From Nitrospirota bacterium (GTDB lineage Bacteria; Nitrospirota; Thermodesulfovibrionia; Thermodesulfovibrionales; Dissulfurispiraceae), in NCBI GenBank assembly GCA_963710375.1, contig CAVPZX010000009.1:43865-107864 (forward strand): a stretch of DNA of 64,000 bases. Direction: 5' to 3'. This document shows positions 11,180 through 22,027 of this stretch, piece by piece. A program made the position numbers and the translations under genes. The notes under the pieces were generated by a model. The model saw only the letters and a program-made list of their open reading frames with translations. It had not been told where the DNA came from and ran no database searches. Within the stretch, counting starts at the first letter, position 1. Each line of letters opens with the position of its first letter.

Positions 11180-11503
11180 CTACTCTTCCTGCCCTTCTTC
11201 GGTAACGCCTTCGAGCTTTCTGACCCGGGCAGAGAGATTCTGTACCTTTTTATTAAGCCGCTCAAATTCTTCTTTGGTCGGTATATTCATTTTTTCGAGG
11301 GTTTTCGACATAAGCTCCGAGAAATTCTTATTCAGGTCAGAACTGCCTTTGTCCGCCCTCTCACTCCATTCTTTCACAAATTTTGCGCCTTGCGATTCGC
11401 TGAGTTCTCCTTTTCTTACCAACTCATCAATAAATTCCTTCACCTTTTCCTGGATCCCGAATCCAGCAAGAATGGCATTGCGCACAGAGTCAAAAATAGT
11501 CAT
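11180..11503 (-). CDS. Phasin / polyhydroxyalkanoate granule-associated family protein
   Basis: AILAGFG, ELVRKGELS, NIPTKEEFERL; typical partner of ubiB-like genes. Confidence 0.75.
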   Translation of the reverse strand: MTIFDSVRNAILAGFGIQEKVKEFIDELVRKGELSESQGAKFVKEWSERADKGSSDLNKNFSELMSKTLEKMNIPTKEEFERLNKKVQNLSARVRKLEGVTEEGQEE

Positions 11504-11522
11504 ATAATCCTCCTTCTAACTA

Positions 11523-11581
11523 CAGGTTAAGGTTAAGAAAGCTAAGACTATTTATCTTAACCTCAACCTTAACCTTAACCT
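11523..11581. repeat. Inverted array of hexamer repeats (AGGTTR)
   Basis: aggtta-aggtta-ag ... cttaa-cctcaa-ccttaa-ccttaa-cct, abutting the alaS stop. Confidence 0.8.
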
Positions 11582-14226
11582 CATCCCTGACCTTTCTTTT
11601 TAACTATATCATAAACCGACTCAAGTGCTTTGTCCAGAATATCCATACTCTCAAGATTCGAAACGCCGCCCTGTGCCATTTCCGCCTTGCCTCCGCCCTT
11701 GCCACCTACCTGTGCTGCAACATTTTTCAGGAGGTCTCCGGCGCTGAATTGACCTGCCAGGTCCCTGGTCACTGTTGCCAGCATCGCAGCCTGGCCGTTT
11801 TTGCCAGAGGCGAGCACAATGATACCGGAACCAAGCCGGTCCCGCAAATTATCGGCAAATACCCGCAGGTCTTTTTGTTCAAGTCCGTCCACCCGGCATG
11901 AGAGGACTTTCACGCCATTAATGATCTGTACCTTATCCATCACCGCCGATGAGTTATGAGAAGCGGCTTTTGCCTTCAGCGCGTCGATCTCCCTATCGCG
12001 GTCCTTCAGGTCTGAAAGTAGTTTTTCGACCCGATCGAAGGGTTTGTCGGTTTTGAGCAGTTCGGCTATGTCCCTGAGATCATCACTCCTCTGTCTTAGG
12101 TAATCGAAAGCTGCCTTGCCTGTGAACGCCTCGATCCTCCTGATGCCTGAAGCCACACTGCCTTCAGAAACAATGATAAAGCTCCCGATGTCGCCGGTTG
12201 TGCTGCAGTGGGTCCCGCCGCACAGTTCGGCACTGAAGCCGGGGACTTTGACCACCCTGACTTTCTCACCGTACTTCTCACCAAAAAGGGCCGTAACGCC
12301 TGATTTCAAGGCATCATGGATATCGGCAATCTCTGTCTCCACCCTTATATTATCGAGTATCTTCCCGTTGACGATGGATTCGATGGACTCGATCTCTTTC
12401 CTTTCAAGTGCATAGAAATGAGTAAAATCAAAACGCATTCTCTCGGGAGCAACATATGAGCCCGCCTGTTTAACATGCTCTCCCAGAACAGTTCTCAATG
12501 CCGTATGGAGGAGGTGGGTCGAGGTATGATTACGCGCCGTGGCCCTCCGCATTTTCTCGTCAACTGAGGAATGTACCATGTCCCATACCTTAAGCGTTCC
12601 GCTATTGATCCTTACTGCATGGGCATGCAGACCGACCTCTTTTTTAGTAGTAATAACCTCTGCTTCAACTCCCCCTGGCGAACTGATCAACCCCACGTCA
12701 CCGGCCTGGCCTCCGGATTCACCATAAAAAGGGGTCTTATCAAGAAATACCTCGACCTCGTCACCAGCCGATGCAACGTTGACCACTTTTCCCTCTTTCA
12801 GTATTGCCTTAACAACCGAGTCCGACTCTAATGAATCATACCCGACAAACTCCGTCTCGCCGATTTCCGACACAAGCTCCCTGTATATTGATGCAATGGC
12901 TTCATCCTCGCCAACCCAGGAGGCCCGTGCGCGCTCCCGCTGCACTTCCATTTCTTTTTGGAAGCCTTCCTCGTCAACAGACAGATGGTTATCCATGGCA
13001 ATATCTCTCGCAAGGTCAAGAGGGAAACCAAAGGTATCATACAATTTGAAGAGTTCATCGCCCGGAATTAATTTAACGGACGCCTCCTTTAACTTCACCA
13101 TTATCTCGTCAAGAATTCTCATGCCCTGTTCGAGGGTCCTGGTAAATCGCTCCTCTTCGAACAGCAATACCTTTGATGCGCGCGCTTGCTCTCGTGCCAG
13201 TCCGGGATAGACATCTCCCATGGCTTCGACAACAGAATCCATTAACCGGTATAAATGCGGGTCCCCAAGGCCAAGCAATTTTGCATGCCTTGAAGCCCTC
13301 CTGATAATGCGCCTTAGGACATATCCGCGGCCTTCATTGGAAGGCATAAGCCCATCGGAAAGCAAAAAAGCCGCTGACCTGAGGTGATCAGCAATGACCC
13401 TTATCGATACATCATCATCCGTGTTGCGGCCGTAGGACTTTCCCGATGCAGCTGCAATCGATGCTATTATAGGAGCGAAAAGGTCCGTGTCGAAATTATT
13501 ATGTTTACCCTGAAGAACGGCACTAATCCTCTCCAGTCCCATACCGGTATCGATGCTGGGCCTGGGAAGCGGGGAAAGCACACCGGACAAATCACGGTTG
13601 TACTGCATGAAAACGAGGTTCCAGAGTTCCAGATACCTGTCGCAGTCGCACCCAATGGCGCAGTCCGGCTTTCCGCACCCTATTCCCTCTCCCTGGTCGA
13701 TAATGATCTCCGAGCAGGGGCCGCACGGCCCTGTGTCTCCCATCTGCCAGAAATTGTCTTTGGCGCCGAGCCTTACGATCCTTCCAGGTGCGATGTCGGT
13801 AAGGTCTTTCCATAATGTTTCAGCCTCATCATCTTCCTGGTAGACAGTTGCCCAGAGCTTATCCTTTGGCAGCGCATACCAACCGGTGAGGAGTTCCCAG
13901 GCAAAGAGAATCGCGTCTTTTTTAAAATAATCGCCGAAGGAGAAATTCCCGAGCATCTCAAAAAAAGTATGGTGCCGGGCCGTGTGCCCTACGTTCTCCA
14001 GGTCGCTATGCTTGCCGCCGGCGCGCATGCACTTCTGGCATGATACCGCCCTCGAATAAGGCCTCTTTTCTTCCCCGAGGAACACAGACTTAAACTGCAC
14101 CATGCCGGCATTGGTAAACAGCAGCGTAGGATCATTTTGCGGAATAAGCGACGAACTGCCGACCTTCTCATGTCCCTTTGATATAAAAAACTCGATAAAT
14201 GTATTTCTTACCTCGATGCTCTTCAT
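11581..14226 (-). CDS. alaS: Alanine--tRNA ligase
   Basis: DPTLLFTNAGM, HHTFFEMLGNFSFGDYFK, ELCGGTH, GGKGGG. Confidence 0.98.
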   Translation of the reverse strand: MKSIEVRNTFIEFFISKGHEKVGSSSLIPQNDPTLLFTNAGMVQFKSVFLGEEKRPYSRAVSCQKCMRAGGKHSDLENVGHTARHHTFFEMLGNFSFGDYFKKDAILFAWELLTGWYALPKDKLWATVYQEDDEAETLWKDLTDIAPGRIVRLGAKDNFWQMGDTGPCGPCSEIIIDQGEGIGCGKPDCAIGCDCDRYLELWNLVFMQYNRDLSGVLSPLPRPSIDTGMGLERISAVLQGKHNNFDTDLFAPIIASIAAASGKSYGRNTDDDVSIRVIADHLRSAAFLLSDGLMPSNEGRGYVLRRIIRRASRHAKLLGLGDPHLYRLMDSVVEAMGDVYPGLAREQARASKVLLFEEERFTRTLEQGMRILDEIMVKLKEASVKLIPGDELFKLYDTFGFPLDLARDIAMDNHLSVDEEGFQKEMEVQRERARASWVGEDEAIASIYRELVSEIGETEFVGYDSLESDSVVKAILKEGKVVNVASAGDEVEVFLDKTPFYGESGGQAGDVGLISSPGGVEAEVITTKKEVGLHAHAVRINSGTLKVWDMVHSSVDEKMRRATARNHTSTHLLHTALRTVLGEHVKQAGSYVAPERMRFDFTHFYALERKEIESIESIVNGKILDNIRVETEIADIHDALKSGVTALFGEKYGEKVRVVKVPGFSAELCGGTHCSTTGDIGSFIIVSEGSVASGIRRIEAFTGKAAFDYLRQRSDDLRDIAELLKTDKPFDRVEKLLSDLKDRDREIDALKAKAASHNSSAVMDKVQIINGVKVLSCRVDGLEQKDLRVFADNLRDRLGSGIIVLASGKNGQAAMLATVTRDLAGQFSAGDLLKNVAAQVGGKGGGKAEMAQGGVSNLESMDILDKALESVYDIVKKKGQG

Positions 14227-14579
14227 TGACCTTGCTTTACCCTTCCAGGCTCTGAGCTGATAACGAAGAAAAGTTTCCCGTCAATGAAGGTAAGCCTCGT
14301 TTTCAATGCTCCCATTACGGAAGAATATACCCACTCCTCTCTTTGCTTCCCGTCTTCCGGAGTGAGGCTCCTAACCTGATCTGGAGATCCCAGGGCATAC
14401 CGCACCTGCTGGGGCGTCATGCCAGGCAAGATCTCTCCCTTTGCAATCTTTTCCTGTACCTGGGGTGGATAATCTTTTATCTCCTCAGGAGAATACCGTG
14501 CGGTTGACGCACAACCGCCCAAAAAAACAGCCATAACAAATAAAAAAAACCACACAGTCCTGACACTGTCCCCTCTCAT
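14223..14579 (-). CDS. Lipoprotein, BamE/SmpA-like fold
   Basis: Lipobox FLGGC; GMTPQQVRYALGSP; EWVY. Confidence 0.65.
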   Translation of the reverse strand: MRGDSVRTVWFFLFVMAVFLGGCASTARYSPEEIKDYPPQVQEKIAKGEILPGMTPQQVRYALGSPDQVRSLTPEDGKQREEWVYSSVMGALKTRLTFIDGKLFFVISSEPGRVKQGQ

Positions 14580-14600
14580 ACCCTTCCTCCTTTTACAAAC

Positions 14601-14687
14601 AATTACGAATTAAGAATCACGAATTAAGAATTCTGGAAAAAATCTTATATTCACTTATTCATAATTCATAATTCGTAATTCATAATT
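14601..14687. repeat. Inverted array of heptamer repeats (AATTAHG); the right arm encodes the RecX C-terminus
   Basis: aattacg-aattaag-aatcacg-aattaag ... attcata-attcata-attcgta-attcata. Confidence 0.85.
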
Positions 14688-15139
14688 TTCTTCAGTACCT
14701 GCCGAATCTCATCAGACGTGAAACCGCGCCGCGCAAGAAGCCCCAACAGACGCCTCTTTATAGTCACGCTGTCCAGACGCCCCATGGAGCGCATTTTCTT
14801 TTCCGCAAGCTGCATCGCAGCGCCAAGGTAGTCGTTGTCCGATTCAGCCATCTCATCTGCAATATCCTTTGCAATACCCCGCCGTATGAGGTAGCTCCTG
14901 ACACCCTGGGCCCCGAAATGCCTCCTCTCAACAGCATCTCGTTTAAGCAGTTCGGCAAGCCTCCGGTCATCTATAAACGCCTTTTCCTCAAGATAAGCGA
15001 TAGTCCCTTCAACTACATTCTTTGGGAAGCCTTTACCAGTCAGCTTTTGGCGCATCTCGCTCATGCTTCTGTCGCGGTAGCCGAGAATCTTCAGCGCATA
15101 TTTCAGAGCATTGCCAAAACTATCGTCCACTTCATGCAT
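14666..15139 (-). CDS. recX: Regulatory protein RecX
   Basis: LGYRDRS..EMRQKL, FIDDRR, LARRGF; directly downstream of recA. Confidence 0.9.
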   Translation of the reverse strand: MHEVDDSFGNALKYALKILGYRDRSMSEMRQKLTGKGFPKNVVEGTIAYLEEKAFIDDRRLAELLKRDAVERRHFGAQGVRSYLIRRGIAKDIADEMAESDNDYLGAAMQLAEKKMRSMGRLDSVTIKRRLLGLLARRGFTSDEIRQVLKKIMNYEL

Positions 15140-15216
15140 AGGTTAAGGTTGAGGTCAAGGTTGAGGACAAAAGGTTAGTTTTTCGATTTTCTTAACCTCA
15201 GCCTTAACCTTAACCT
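15140..15216. repeat. Inverted array of hexamer repeats (AGGTTR)
   Basis: aggtta-aggttg-aggtca-aggttg ... cttaa-cctcag-ccttaa-ccttaa-cct, filling the recA-recX gap. Confidence 0.85.
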
Positions 15217-15221
15217 TCTGT

Positions 15222-16245
15222 TTATTTTCCTGCCTCAGCCTTCTCTTCCCGCTTCAGCCCGTATGCTTCGATTATTTTCTTCTCTATCTCAGCAGCCACA
15301 GAAGGATTATTCTTCAGGTATTCCCGCACATTGTCCCTGCCCTGTCCTATCCTGTTGCCGCCGTAGCTGTACCACGCGCCGGCCTTTTCAATAATGCCCT
15401 TTTCAGCCTCCGAGATCGATAATCTCTCCTGCCTTTGATATGCCCTCATTAAAATATATGTCAAACTCTGCCTGCCTGAACGGAGGGGCAACCTTGTTTT
15501 TCACAATCTTGACGCGGACACGTCCGCCAATTACCTCCTGGCCGTCCTTGAGGTTGTCGATCCTTCTGATATCAAGCCTCATTGACGAGTAAAACTTCAA
15601 TGCATTTCCGCCTGTCGTCGTTTCAGGATTTCCGAACATAACCCCTATTTTCATCCGTATCTGGTTGATGAATACTATTGTTGTCAGAGATTTTGAGATT
15701 GCCGCCGTCAGCTTTCTCATGGCCTGGCTCATGAGCCTTGCCTGCAGGCCGGGAAGCGAATCACCCATATCCCCTTCGATTTCAGCTTTCGGCACCAGCG
15801 CGGCAACAGAGTCCACCACCACTATATCGACAGCTCCGCTTCTGACTAGAGTTTCAGCAACTTCGAGTGCCTGTTCGCCCGTGTCCGGCTGAGATACCAA
15901 AAGGTCTTCAATATTAACACCGAGCCTTGATGCGTAATTGATATCAAGCGCATGCTCTGCATCAATAAATGCGGCGACTCCTCCGGTTTTTTGCGCCTCA
16001 GCTATCGCCTTCAGCGCAAGAGTTGTCTTTCCCGATGACTCAGGCCCATATATCTCGACAACTCTTCCCCTCGGCAAGCCGCCGATGCCGGTGGCAATAT
16101 CCAGAGAGATTGAACCAGTAGATATAACCTGTATCCCTTCTGCCACGCCCCCTGAACCGAGACGCATTATGGCCCCTTTTCCGAAGTTTTTTTCGATCTG
16201 GGAAATTGCCACTTCCAGGGCCTTTACTTTATCCTTGTTCATCAT
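15222..16245 (-). CDS. recA: Recombinase A; 1-nt frameshift near 15407
   Basis: [25 protein letters not shown]. Removing 1 nt gives [20 protein letters not shown]. Confidence 0.97.
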
Positions 16246-16817
16246 CACGCCTCCGTTTTGCGTTGTCCTAATTTAAAACCGGCTATTTTTGAATATTCTG
16301 CCCCGCCCGGTTTCAATGTGCTCTTCATGAGCAGGGTTTCCCCAACTGTTATAGTACCAAAAACCGAGTCCTTAAATGTAATCCATTCCCTGATTACAGC
16401 CTCAAGACCGTCCATGCTCTTTATCCTTCCGATGGTAAGATGAGGAGAAAACCGCTTCTCTTCCCTTTCAAACCCAAGTTCAGCCATCGACTGTTCGATG
16501 TCCCGGTTAAGGAGACTCAAAGGTTCCGACTCATCAATGCCCACCCACAAGACATTGGGCCGGCGCAGATTCGGAAATCCTCCACTGCCTCTTACTGTAA
16601 GTGCAAACGGGGCGTGCCTACTGCAAAGCAGCGGAAGCCTCTCCTGTATTTGAAGCAACATAGCGTTGTCTGTCTCACCAAGGAACTTAAGTGTCAAATG
16701 TACATGGTCAGGAGGAACCCATCTCACGCCTTTTGACAGCCCCCTCATTTGTTCTATTGCCCCGCCGATCGAAAACCGCACCTCTTCAGAGACATCGATG
16801 GCGACAAAACATCTCAT
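16245..16817 (-). CDS. thpR: RNA 2',3'-cyclic phosphodiesterase (2H family)
   Basis: HLTLKFLG and PHLTIGR (two HxT motifs). Confidence 0.92.
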   Translation of the reverse strand: MRCFVAIDVSEEVRFSIGGAIEQMRGLSKGVRWVPPDHVHLTLKFLGETDNAMLLQIQERLPLLCSRHAPFALTVRGSGGFPNLRRPNVLWVGIDESEPLSLLNRDIEQSMAELGFEREEKRFSPHLTIGRIKSMDGLEAVIREWITFKDSVFGTITVGETLLMKSTLKPGGAEYSKIAGFKLGQRKTEA

Positions 16818-17269
16818 GCAACTGTCCTCCATAGCTGCAGAAGGAGGTTTGTCATCAATCCTGCTGCCGCATCATCGAGCATAACACCCAGGCCGCCTTT
16901 TACAGCCCGCTCAATATTTCTGATGGGAGAAGGCTTTAGTATATCGAAAAACCTGAACAAAAAAAAGGCCGCGACCAAATATCCCGCTGTCAGAGGGAGC
17001 GAAAAAACAGAGATCACAAATCCGGTAAATTCATCGATAACAATGCGGCCGCTATCCTCGCCGAAAATACTTTCAGCAACGTGAGCGGTTACCGTACCCA
17101 GCCCAAAAAGAACAACCGCAAGAACGCCTTGCAACTGTATGTCAGGTTTCAAAAGCCAAATACATATTAAGGCAGCCAGGCTCCCGAATGTGCCCGATGC
17201 AATAGGGATATAACCGATAAAGAAGACCGTTGCGATAACTTTTGACAGTGATCTGAAAAAACCGTCCAT
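16814..17269 (-). CDS. pgpA: Phosphatidylglycerophosphatase A
   Basis: SGTFGSL, IVIDEFTG, FRFFDILKP, GVMLDD. Confidence 0.95.
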   Translation of the reverse strand: MDGFFRSLSKVIATVFFIGYIPIASGTFGSLAALICIWLLKPDIQLQGVLAVVLFGLGTVTAHVAESIFGEDSGRIVIDEFTGFVISVFSLPLTAGYLVAAFFLFRFFDILKPSPIRNIERAVKGGLGVMLDDAAAGLMTNLLLQLWRTVA

Positions 17270-17504
17270 AGCGTCTTATTTTATCATAAAAATTTCAACC
17301 ACAGCCGGAATACCTCTTTATATCTGCAGAGGTATAATGCAAACTGCGCCTGATAACATTCAAAGACAGGGAGAACCGGTGAGGACTTCCTATATTGCTT
17401 TTTTTGTGTCATTAATGATAATTTTCCCAGTATTTTGATGTCTTCGGCAAAGTGGATCAGGAATTCCCAAGTTGATGGGAATAGAGAGGAATTAGTGATA
17501 TATA

Positions 17505-19172
17505 ATGCTTGAACGATTTGTTTCAAAGATAGATTTCACGTCATATGAAGACTTTGTTGAAAACTTCCGCATTGTCGTACCGGACAACTTCAACTTCGCT
17601 TACGATGTAGTCGATGTGTTGGCGTTGCGTTATCCAGACAAAGTCGCGATGGTATGGTGTGACGATAAAGGCGGAGAAGCGACGTTCACCTTTGGTCAAT
17701 TAAAGGAATACAGTGACAGGGCGGCAAATTTATTCTCGTCAAGGGGGATACTGAAAGGCGACCCTGTGATGCTTATCCTCAAGAGGCGTTTCGAGTTCTG
17801 GATCTGCATCCTTGCTCTCCATAAACTCGGCGCTATAGCTATCCCGGCGACACATCTGCTCACTGCAAAAGATATTGCATACCGGAATAACGCTGCTGAC
17901 ATAAGGATGATAGTCAGCGTGGCTGATGCCGATGTCATTTCTCACATAGAGGAATCCGAAGCTCAATCCCTCTCGCTTTTTTTGAAGGTACTTGTTGGCG
18001 CAAGCCGGGACGGCTGGATCGACTTTAACGCGGAAATGGAGCGTGCGCCATCGACTTTTGATCGCCCGCGCGGCAATTCCGCTACTTCAAACAGCGATAT
18101 CCTGCTGATCTATTTCACATCCGGTACGACGGGTATGCCCAAGATGGTACAGCATAACTTTACATATCCTCTCGGCCACATACTAACTGCTAAATACTGG
18201 CAGAACGTGCAAGAGGACGGGCTGCACTGCACCCTGGCAGACACCGGCTGGGCAAAGGCTGCCTGGGGGAAAATCTACGGCCAGTGGATTGCCGGATGTG
18301 CGGTATTTGTGCATGACTATGACAAATTCCATCCACACAGACTTATCGATGTACTGGTAAAGTACGGTGTCACTTCTTTTTGTGGTCCGCCTACTGTTTA
18401 CCGTTTCCTGATCAAGGAAGACCTTTCAAAATATAATTTCGGGAAGCTCAATTACTGCACAGTTGCCGGTGAGCCGCTGAATCCCGAGGTCTATTCCCAA
18501 TTCCTCAAGGCCACGGGGATCAAACTTATGGAAGGTTATGGGCAGACTGAGACGACCGTCGCTATCGGAACCTTTCCATGGGTGGAGCCCAAACCCGGCT
18601 CGATGGGTAGACCGTCCCCTTGGTATGACATCGACATTGTCGACGACAAAGGCAATTCCTGCGGTATCGGAGAGGTAGGACAGATAGTGATTCGCACCGG
18701 AAAAAGAATGCCGGTTGGGATTTTTGACGGATACTACCGGGATTCTGACCGTACGGCGAGTGTTTGGCGGAACGGAATTTATTGCACGGGAGATATGGCC
18801 TCGCGCGATGAAGACGGATATTACTGGTTCGTGGGAAGGGCCGACGATCTCATTAAAAGTTCCGGGTACCGGATCGGGCCTTTCGAGGTCGAAAGCGCCC
18901 TTGTGGAGCATCCGGCAGTTCTGGAATGTGCAATTACAGCTGTTCCCGACGCGCTAAGGGGTCAGGTTGTCAAGGCATCGGTTGTTTTGGCGAAAGGATA
19001 CGTCGCGAGCCGTGGGCTTGCAAAGGAACTGCAGGAACATGTGAAGAAAGTGACGGCGCCTTATAAATATCCGAGAATAGTTGAGTTTGTAAACGAACTG
19101 CCGAAAACGATCAGCGGCAAGATCCGAAGGGTCGAGATTCGGGAGAGAGAAAAAAATAAAAATCATTATTAA
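17505..19172 (+). CDS. AMP-binding short/medium-chain acyl-CoA synthetase
   Basis: [46 protein letters not shown]. Confidence 0.93.
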   Translation: MLERFVSKIDFTSYEDFVENFRIVVPDNFNFAYDVVDVLALRYPDKVAMVWCDDKGGEATFTFGQLKEYSDRAANLFSSRGILKGDPVMLILKRRFEFWICILALHKLGAIAIPATHLLTAKDIAYRNNAADIRMIVSVADADVISHIEESEAQSLSLFLKVLVGASRDGWIDFNAEMERAPSTFDRPRGNSATSNSDILLIYFTSGTTGMPKMVQHNFTYPLGHILTAKYWQNVQEDGLHCTLADTGWAKAAWGKIYGQWIAGCAVFVHDYDKFHPHRLIDVLVKYGVTSFCGPPTVYRFLIKEDLSKYNFGKLNYCTVAGEPLNPEVYSQFLKATGIKLMEGYGQTETTVAIGTFPWVEPKPGSMGRPSPWYDIDIVDDKGNSCGIGEVGQIVIRTGKRMPVGIFDGYYRDSDRTASVWRNGIYCTGDMASRDEDGYYWFVGRADDLIKSSGYRIGPFEVESALVEHPAVLECAITAVPDALRGQVVKASVVLAKGYVASRGLAKELQEHVKKVTAPYKYPRIVEFVNELPKTISGKIRRVEIREREKNKNHY

Positions 19173-19174
19173 TT

Positions 19175-19675
19175 ATGCAGGAAGAATTACTCGAAATAGT
19201 TGATAAAGAAGGCAAGGCCCTGGGAGTTGCTCCGCGGTCCTCAATACACGGCAACCCTTCCCTGCTCCACAAGGTTGTTCACGTGCTTGTATTTAACAGC
19301 CTTGGTGAACTACTGCTCCAAAAACGCTCAATGAGCAAAGACGTTGAGCCAGGCAAATGGGACACCTCTGTCGGAGGACATGTATCGGCTGCGGAAGAGA
19401 TATCTTCAGCCGTTGATAGAGAAATGAAGGAGGAACTTGGTATTGATACCTGCGAACTACGTTTTTTATACTCCTATATCCATTCCAACACATATGAGAG
19501 TGAGCTTGTCTTTACGTACTCCTGCATCCACAATGGCCCATATTCATTCAATGCAGGGGAAATAGACGCCGTGAAATTCTGGAGAATTGAAGAAATAAAA
19601 AATGTCCTCGGAACAGATGTTCTCAGCATCCACTTTGAAGATGAGTTTGCAAAATACCTGGCTTTCAGTGCTTAG
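19175..19675 (+). CDS. NUDIX hydrolase (IPP isomerase-like)
   Basis: LLLQKRS, GGHV...REMKEELG. Confidence 0.85.
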   Translation: MQEELLEIVDKEGKALGVAPRSSIHGNPSLLHKVVHVLVFNSLGELLLQKRSMSKDVEPGKWDTSVGGHVSAAEEISSAVDREMKEELGIDTCELRFLYSYIHSNTYESELVFTYSCIHNGPYSFNAGEIDAVKFWRIEEIKNVLGTDVLSIHFEDEFAKYLAFSA

Positions 19676-19684
19676 GGCTAGCCC

Positions 19685-20326
19685 TTAGACCCCTCTCTCT
19701 TCAGGGCCATAAATATATTTGTGCAACTGAAGGTTGAGCCGGGCACGAAGCCTGTCATCGAGCATCCATTTGGAGAGGTCCCTTGGTGAAAATACCCCGA
19801 AAACCGGCGACAGCAGGATTGTGCACTTGTCCGACAGTCCATGCTTTCTTATAAAATCTCTAGTCCATTCATAATCCCTTCTATCGGCAATCACAAACTT
19901 GAGTTCATCCTGCGATTTCAATAGTCTTAGATTCTCAAAGTCCATCATCTCGCACATCCCGCTCCCGGGAGTTTTAATGTCCATAATTATTATTGCCCGG
20001 CGGTCCACACCGCCGACGCTTACACTTCCATTTGTTTCAACCAACACATTAAGACCGCTGTCAAGCAGCCTTTTTATCAGCGGCAATACATCCTTCTGCA
20101 TCAGCGGCTCGCCACCTGTGATCTCAACAAGGCCTATCCCATACGATACCGCCTGCTTAAAGACGTCATCTTCGGTCAGCTCCGTGCCTTCTTCGTACGC
20201 ATAAGTAGTGTCACAGTAAACACACCGCAAATTACAGCCGCTCATCCTGATAAAAACGCATGGCAGCCCTGCATAGGTTGATTCACCCTGCATGCTCAAA
20301 AAAATTTCACAAACCTTCACAATCAA
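19685..20326 (-). CDS. queE: 7-carboxy-7-deazaguanine synthase (radical SAM)
   Basis: SMQGES, GCNLRCVYCDT, TGGEP, LQLHKYI. Confidence 0.93.
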   Translation of the reverse strand: MIVKVCEIFLSMQGESTYAGLPCVFIRMSGCNLRCVYCDTTYAYEEGTELTEDDVFKQAVSYGIGLVEITGGEPLMQKDVLPLIKRLLDSGLNVLVETNGSVSVGGVDRRAIIIMDIKTPGSGMCEMMDFENLRLLKSQDELKFVIADRRDYEWTRDFIRKHGLSDKCTILLSPVFGVFSPRDLSKWMLDDRLRARLNLQLHKYIYGPEERGV

Positions 20327-20362
20327 ACTTTATCATGTTCCTTTGAAAATCGTCAAAAGAAG

Positions 20363-20468
20363 AAAATGTGAATGGTGAATAGTGAATAGTGAAAGGTAAA
20401 AAATTTTTTTGTGTGTATTGTCTTGGGCCGCTCACCACTCACCTTTCACCATTCACTATTCACATTTT
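20363..20468. repeat. Inverted array of heptamer repeats (GTGAATR)
   Basis: aaaat-gtgaatg-gtgaata-gtgaata-gtgaaag ... ctcacca-ctcacct-ttcacca-ttcacta-ttcac-atttt. Confidence 0.85.
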
Positions 20469-20609
20469 GGAAGTGCTCCCCTTCTCCTGCCTTCCTTATA
20501 GACCCTCCACCTAATTTGTGATAGACCAGCAAAGCCTGCTACAATATTTAGGGTGGCAGGACAGGGCAACATCGTGGTTTATACCTCACACCAAAAAAGG
20601 AGATGCGAT

Positions 20610-20942
20610 ATGAGCGAGTATTACAAAAGCGGTGACCTTGAGAGATTCTCGGAAATAGGCAAGCATAATCCTGAGCTCTTCGCGAAATTTATGGATTGGT
20701 ATTCTTCATCACTCAAGCCGGGGTTGCTCTCGAAGAGAGAAAAAGTCCTTATCGGGCTTGCCGTGGCCCATGTGATACAATGCCCTTACTGCATTGATGC
20801 CTATACGCAGGAATGCCTGGGAGAGGGCTTGGACCTGGGACACATTACCGAGGCGGTGCATGTGGCCTCGGCAATAAGGGGCGGGGCCTCTCTCATCCAT
20901 GGTATCCAGGCACATAATTCGGCTGAAAAGATATCGCTGTAA
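20610..20942 (+). CDS. AhpD/carboxymuconolactone decarboxylase-like protein associated with Sec radical SAM (ArsS-type) genes
   Basis: REKVLIGLAVAH..QCPYCIDAY, RGGASLIHG; AAGGAG RBS. Confidence 0.88.
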   Translation: MSEYYKSGDLERFSEIGKHNPELFAKFMDWYSSSLKPGLLSKREKVLIGLAVAHVIQCPYCIDAYTQECLGEGLDLGHITEAVHVASAIRGGASLIHGIQAHNSAEKISL

Positions 20943-20953
20943 AAGAGGTTGTC

Positions 20954-21907
20954 GTGTCCGAATTCGATGAAAAGTTACTCTGTGCGCATTCAGGGCCGCT
21001 TAGGGCAGTCAGCATTGAGACTTTGCAGCTCAATCTAGGTTATAAATGTAACATGTCCTGCAAACACTGCCACTTAGATGCAGGCCCTTCAAGGACCGAG
21101 CTTATGGACGGAACCACCATCGATGATGCACTCACGGTCCTCCGTGACAACAATATCGATACTCTCGATCTGACCGGCGGAGCGCCCGAGCTCAACCCTC
21201 AGTTAAGAGACATTATCACTCGGACCAGCCGAATGGGCCGCCGCATTATCGTTAGGAGCAACCTTACCATATATTATGATCCGGGAATGGAAGATCTCCC
21301 TGACTTTTATAGCGAAAACAGGGTGGAGATTATAGCATCACTTCCGCACTTTGCGGAAACGAACACCGACAGGGTCCGGGGAAAGGGAACATTCTCCAAA
21401 AGTATAGCTACACTCAAAAGACTCAACAGTCTCGGCTATGGCACAGTGCCGGAGAAAAAACTCCACCTCGTATATAATCCGATGGGCGCGTTTCTCCCCC
21501 CATCCCAGATCGAGCTGGAAACGTATTACAAAAAGGAGCTCCAAACATCGTTCGGCATTGTCTTTAACTGCCTATATACGTTTGCAAATATGCCTATCGG
21601 GCGTTTCAGGGAATTCCTCCTGAGATCAAATAATATAAAACCCTATATGGAAAAGGTAAAAAGCGCCTTTAATCCTGATACCATCGGCAATCTTATGTGC
21701 AGTCGCCTGATTAACGTCGGGTGGGACGGCACCCTCTATGATTGCGATTTTAACCAGGCACTCGGGCTGCCAGTTGGTGAAGATTGCCCGCGCCACATAA
21801 GGGATTATGATAATGAAGTATTGTCGGGAAGAAAGATAGTAATGGGCAATCACTGCTTTGTATGCAGCGCGGGCCAGGGCTCTACCTGAACAGGCGCAAT
21901 CAAGTAG
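20954..21907 (+). CDS. arsS: Radical SAM (seleno)protein, ArsS/DUF3641 family; probable Sec at TGA 21887-21889
   Basis: CNMSCKHCH, DLTGGAPE, YDCDFNQAL. The C-terminus HCFVCSAGQGST-U-TGAIK puts the TGA at the family's last Cys (CxxCxAGxGSSC). Confidence 0.85.
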
Positions 21908-21922
21908 CAGGCGGTCGCCTGC
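21907..21922 (+). promoter_or_regulatory. Putative SECIS hairpin lying essentially 3' of the read-through stop
   Basis: GCAGGC-GGTC-GCCTGC; loop starts about 23 nt after the TGA; no U-tract follows. Confidence 0.65.
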
Positions 21923-21936
21923 ATTGATAATAAACC

Positions 21937-22027
21937 AGGCAAAAGGCTAAAGGCAAAGGGTAAAAGCAAATCCGGATTTATAAGTTTAGTCTTTCACCTT
22001 TAGACATTAGCCTTTTGCCTTTCGCCT
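21937..22027. repeat. Inverted array of heptamer repeats (AGGCWAA)
   Basis: aggcaaa-aggctaa-aggcaaa-gggtaaa ... ttagcct-tttgcct-ttcgcct. Confidence 0.8.

Noticed and set aside
15222..16245. recA (and ubiB, nagA, MCP, fdhA) as true pseudogenes or programmed frameshifts
   Set aside because: Each has a single 1-nt insertion in the same CAGCT context, no slippery sequence and no other decay. Sequencing artefact is more parsimonious.
16245..17269. Absence of cinA between pgpA and thpR
   Set aside because: The genes overlap cleanly (ATGA) with no scar; this is ordinary operon variation.
5451..20326. queD and queE as a 7-deazaguanine DNA-modification (dpd) system
   Set aside because: They are 14 kb apart among core genes with no dpdA/tgt paralog. 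Normal queuosine synthesis explains them.
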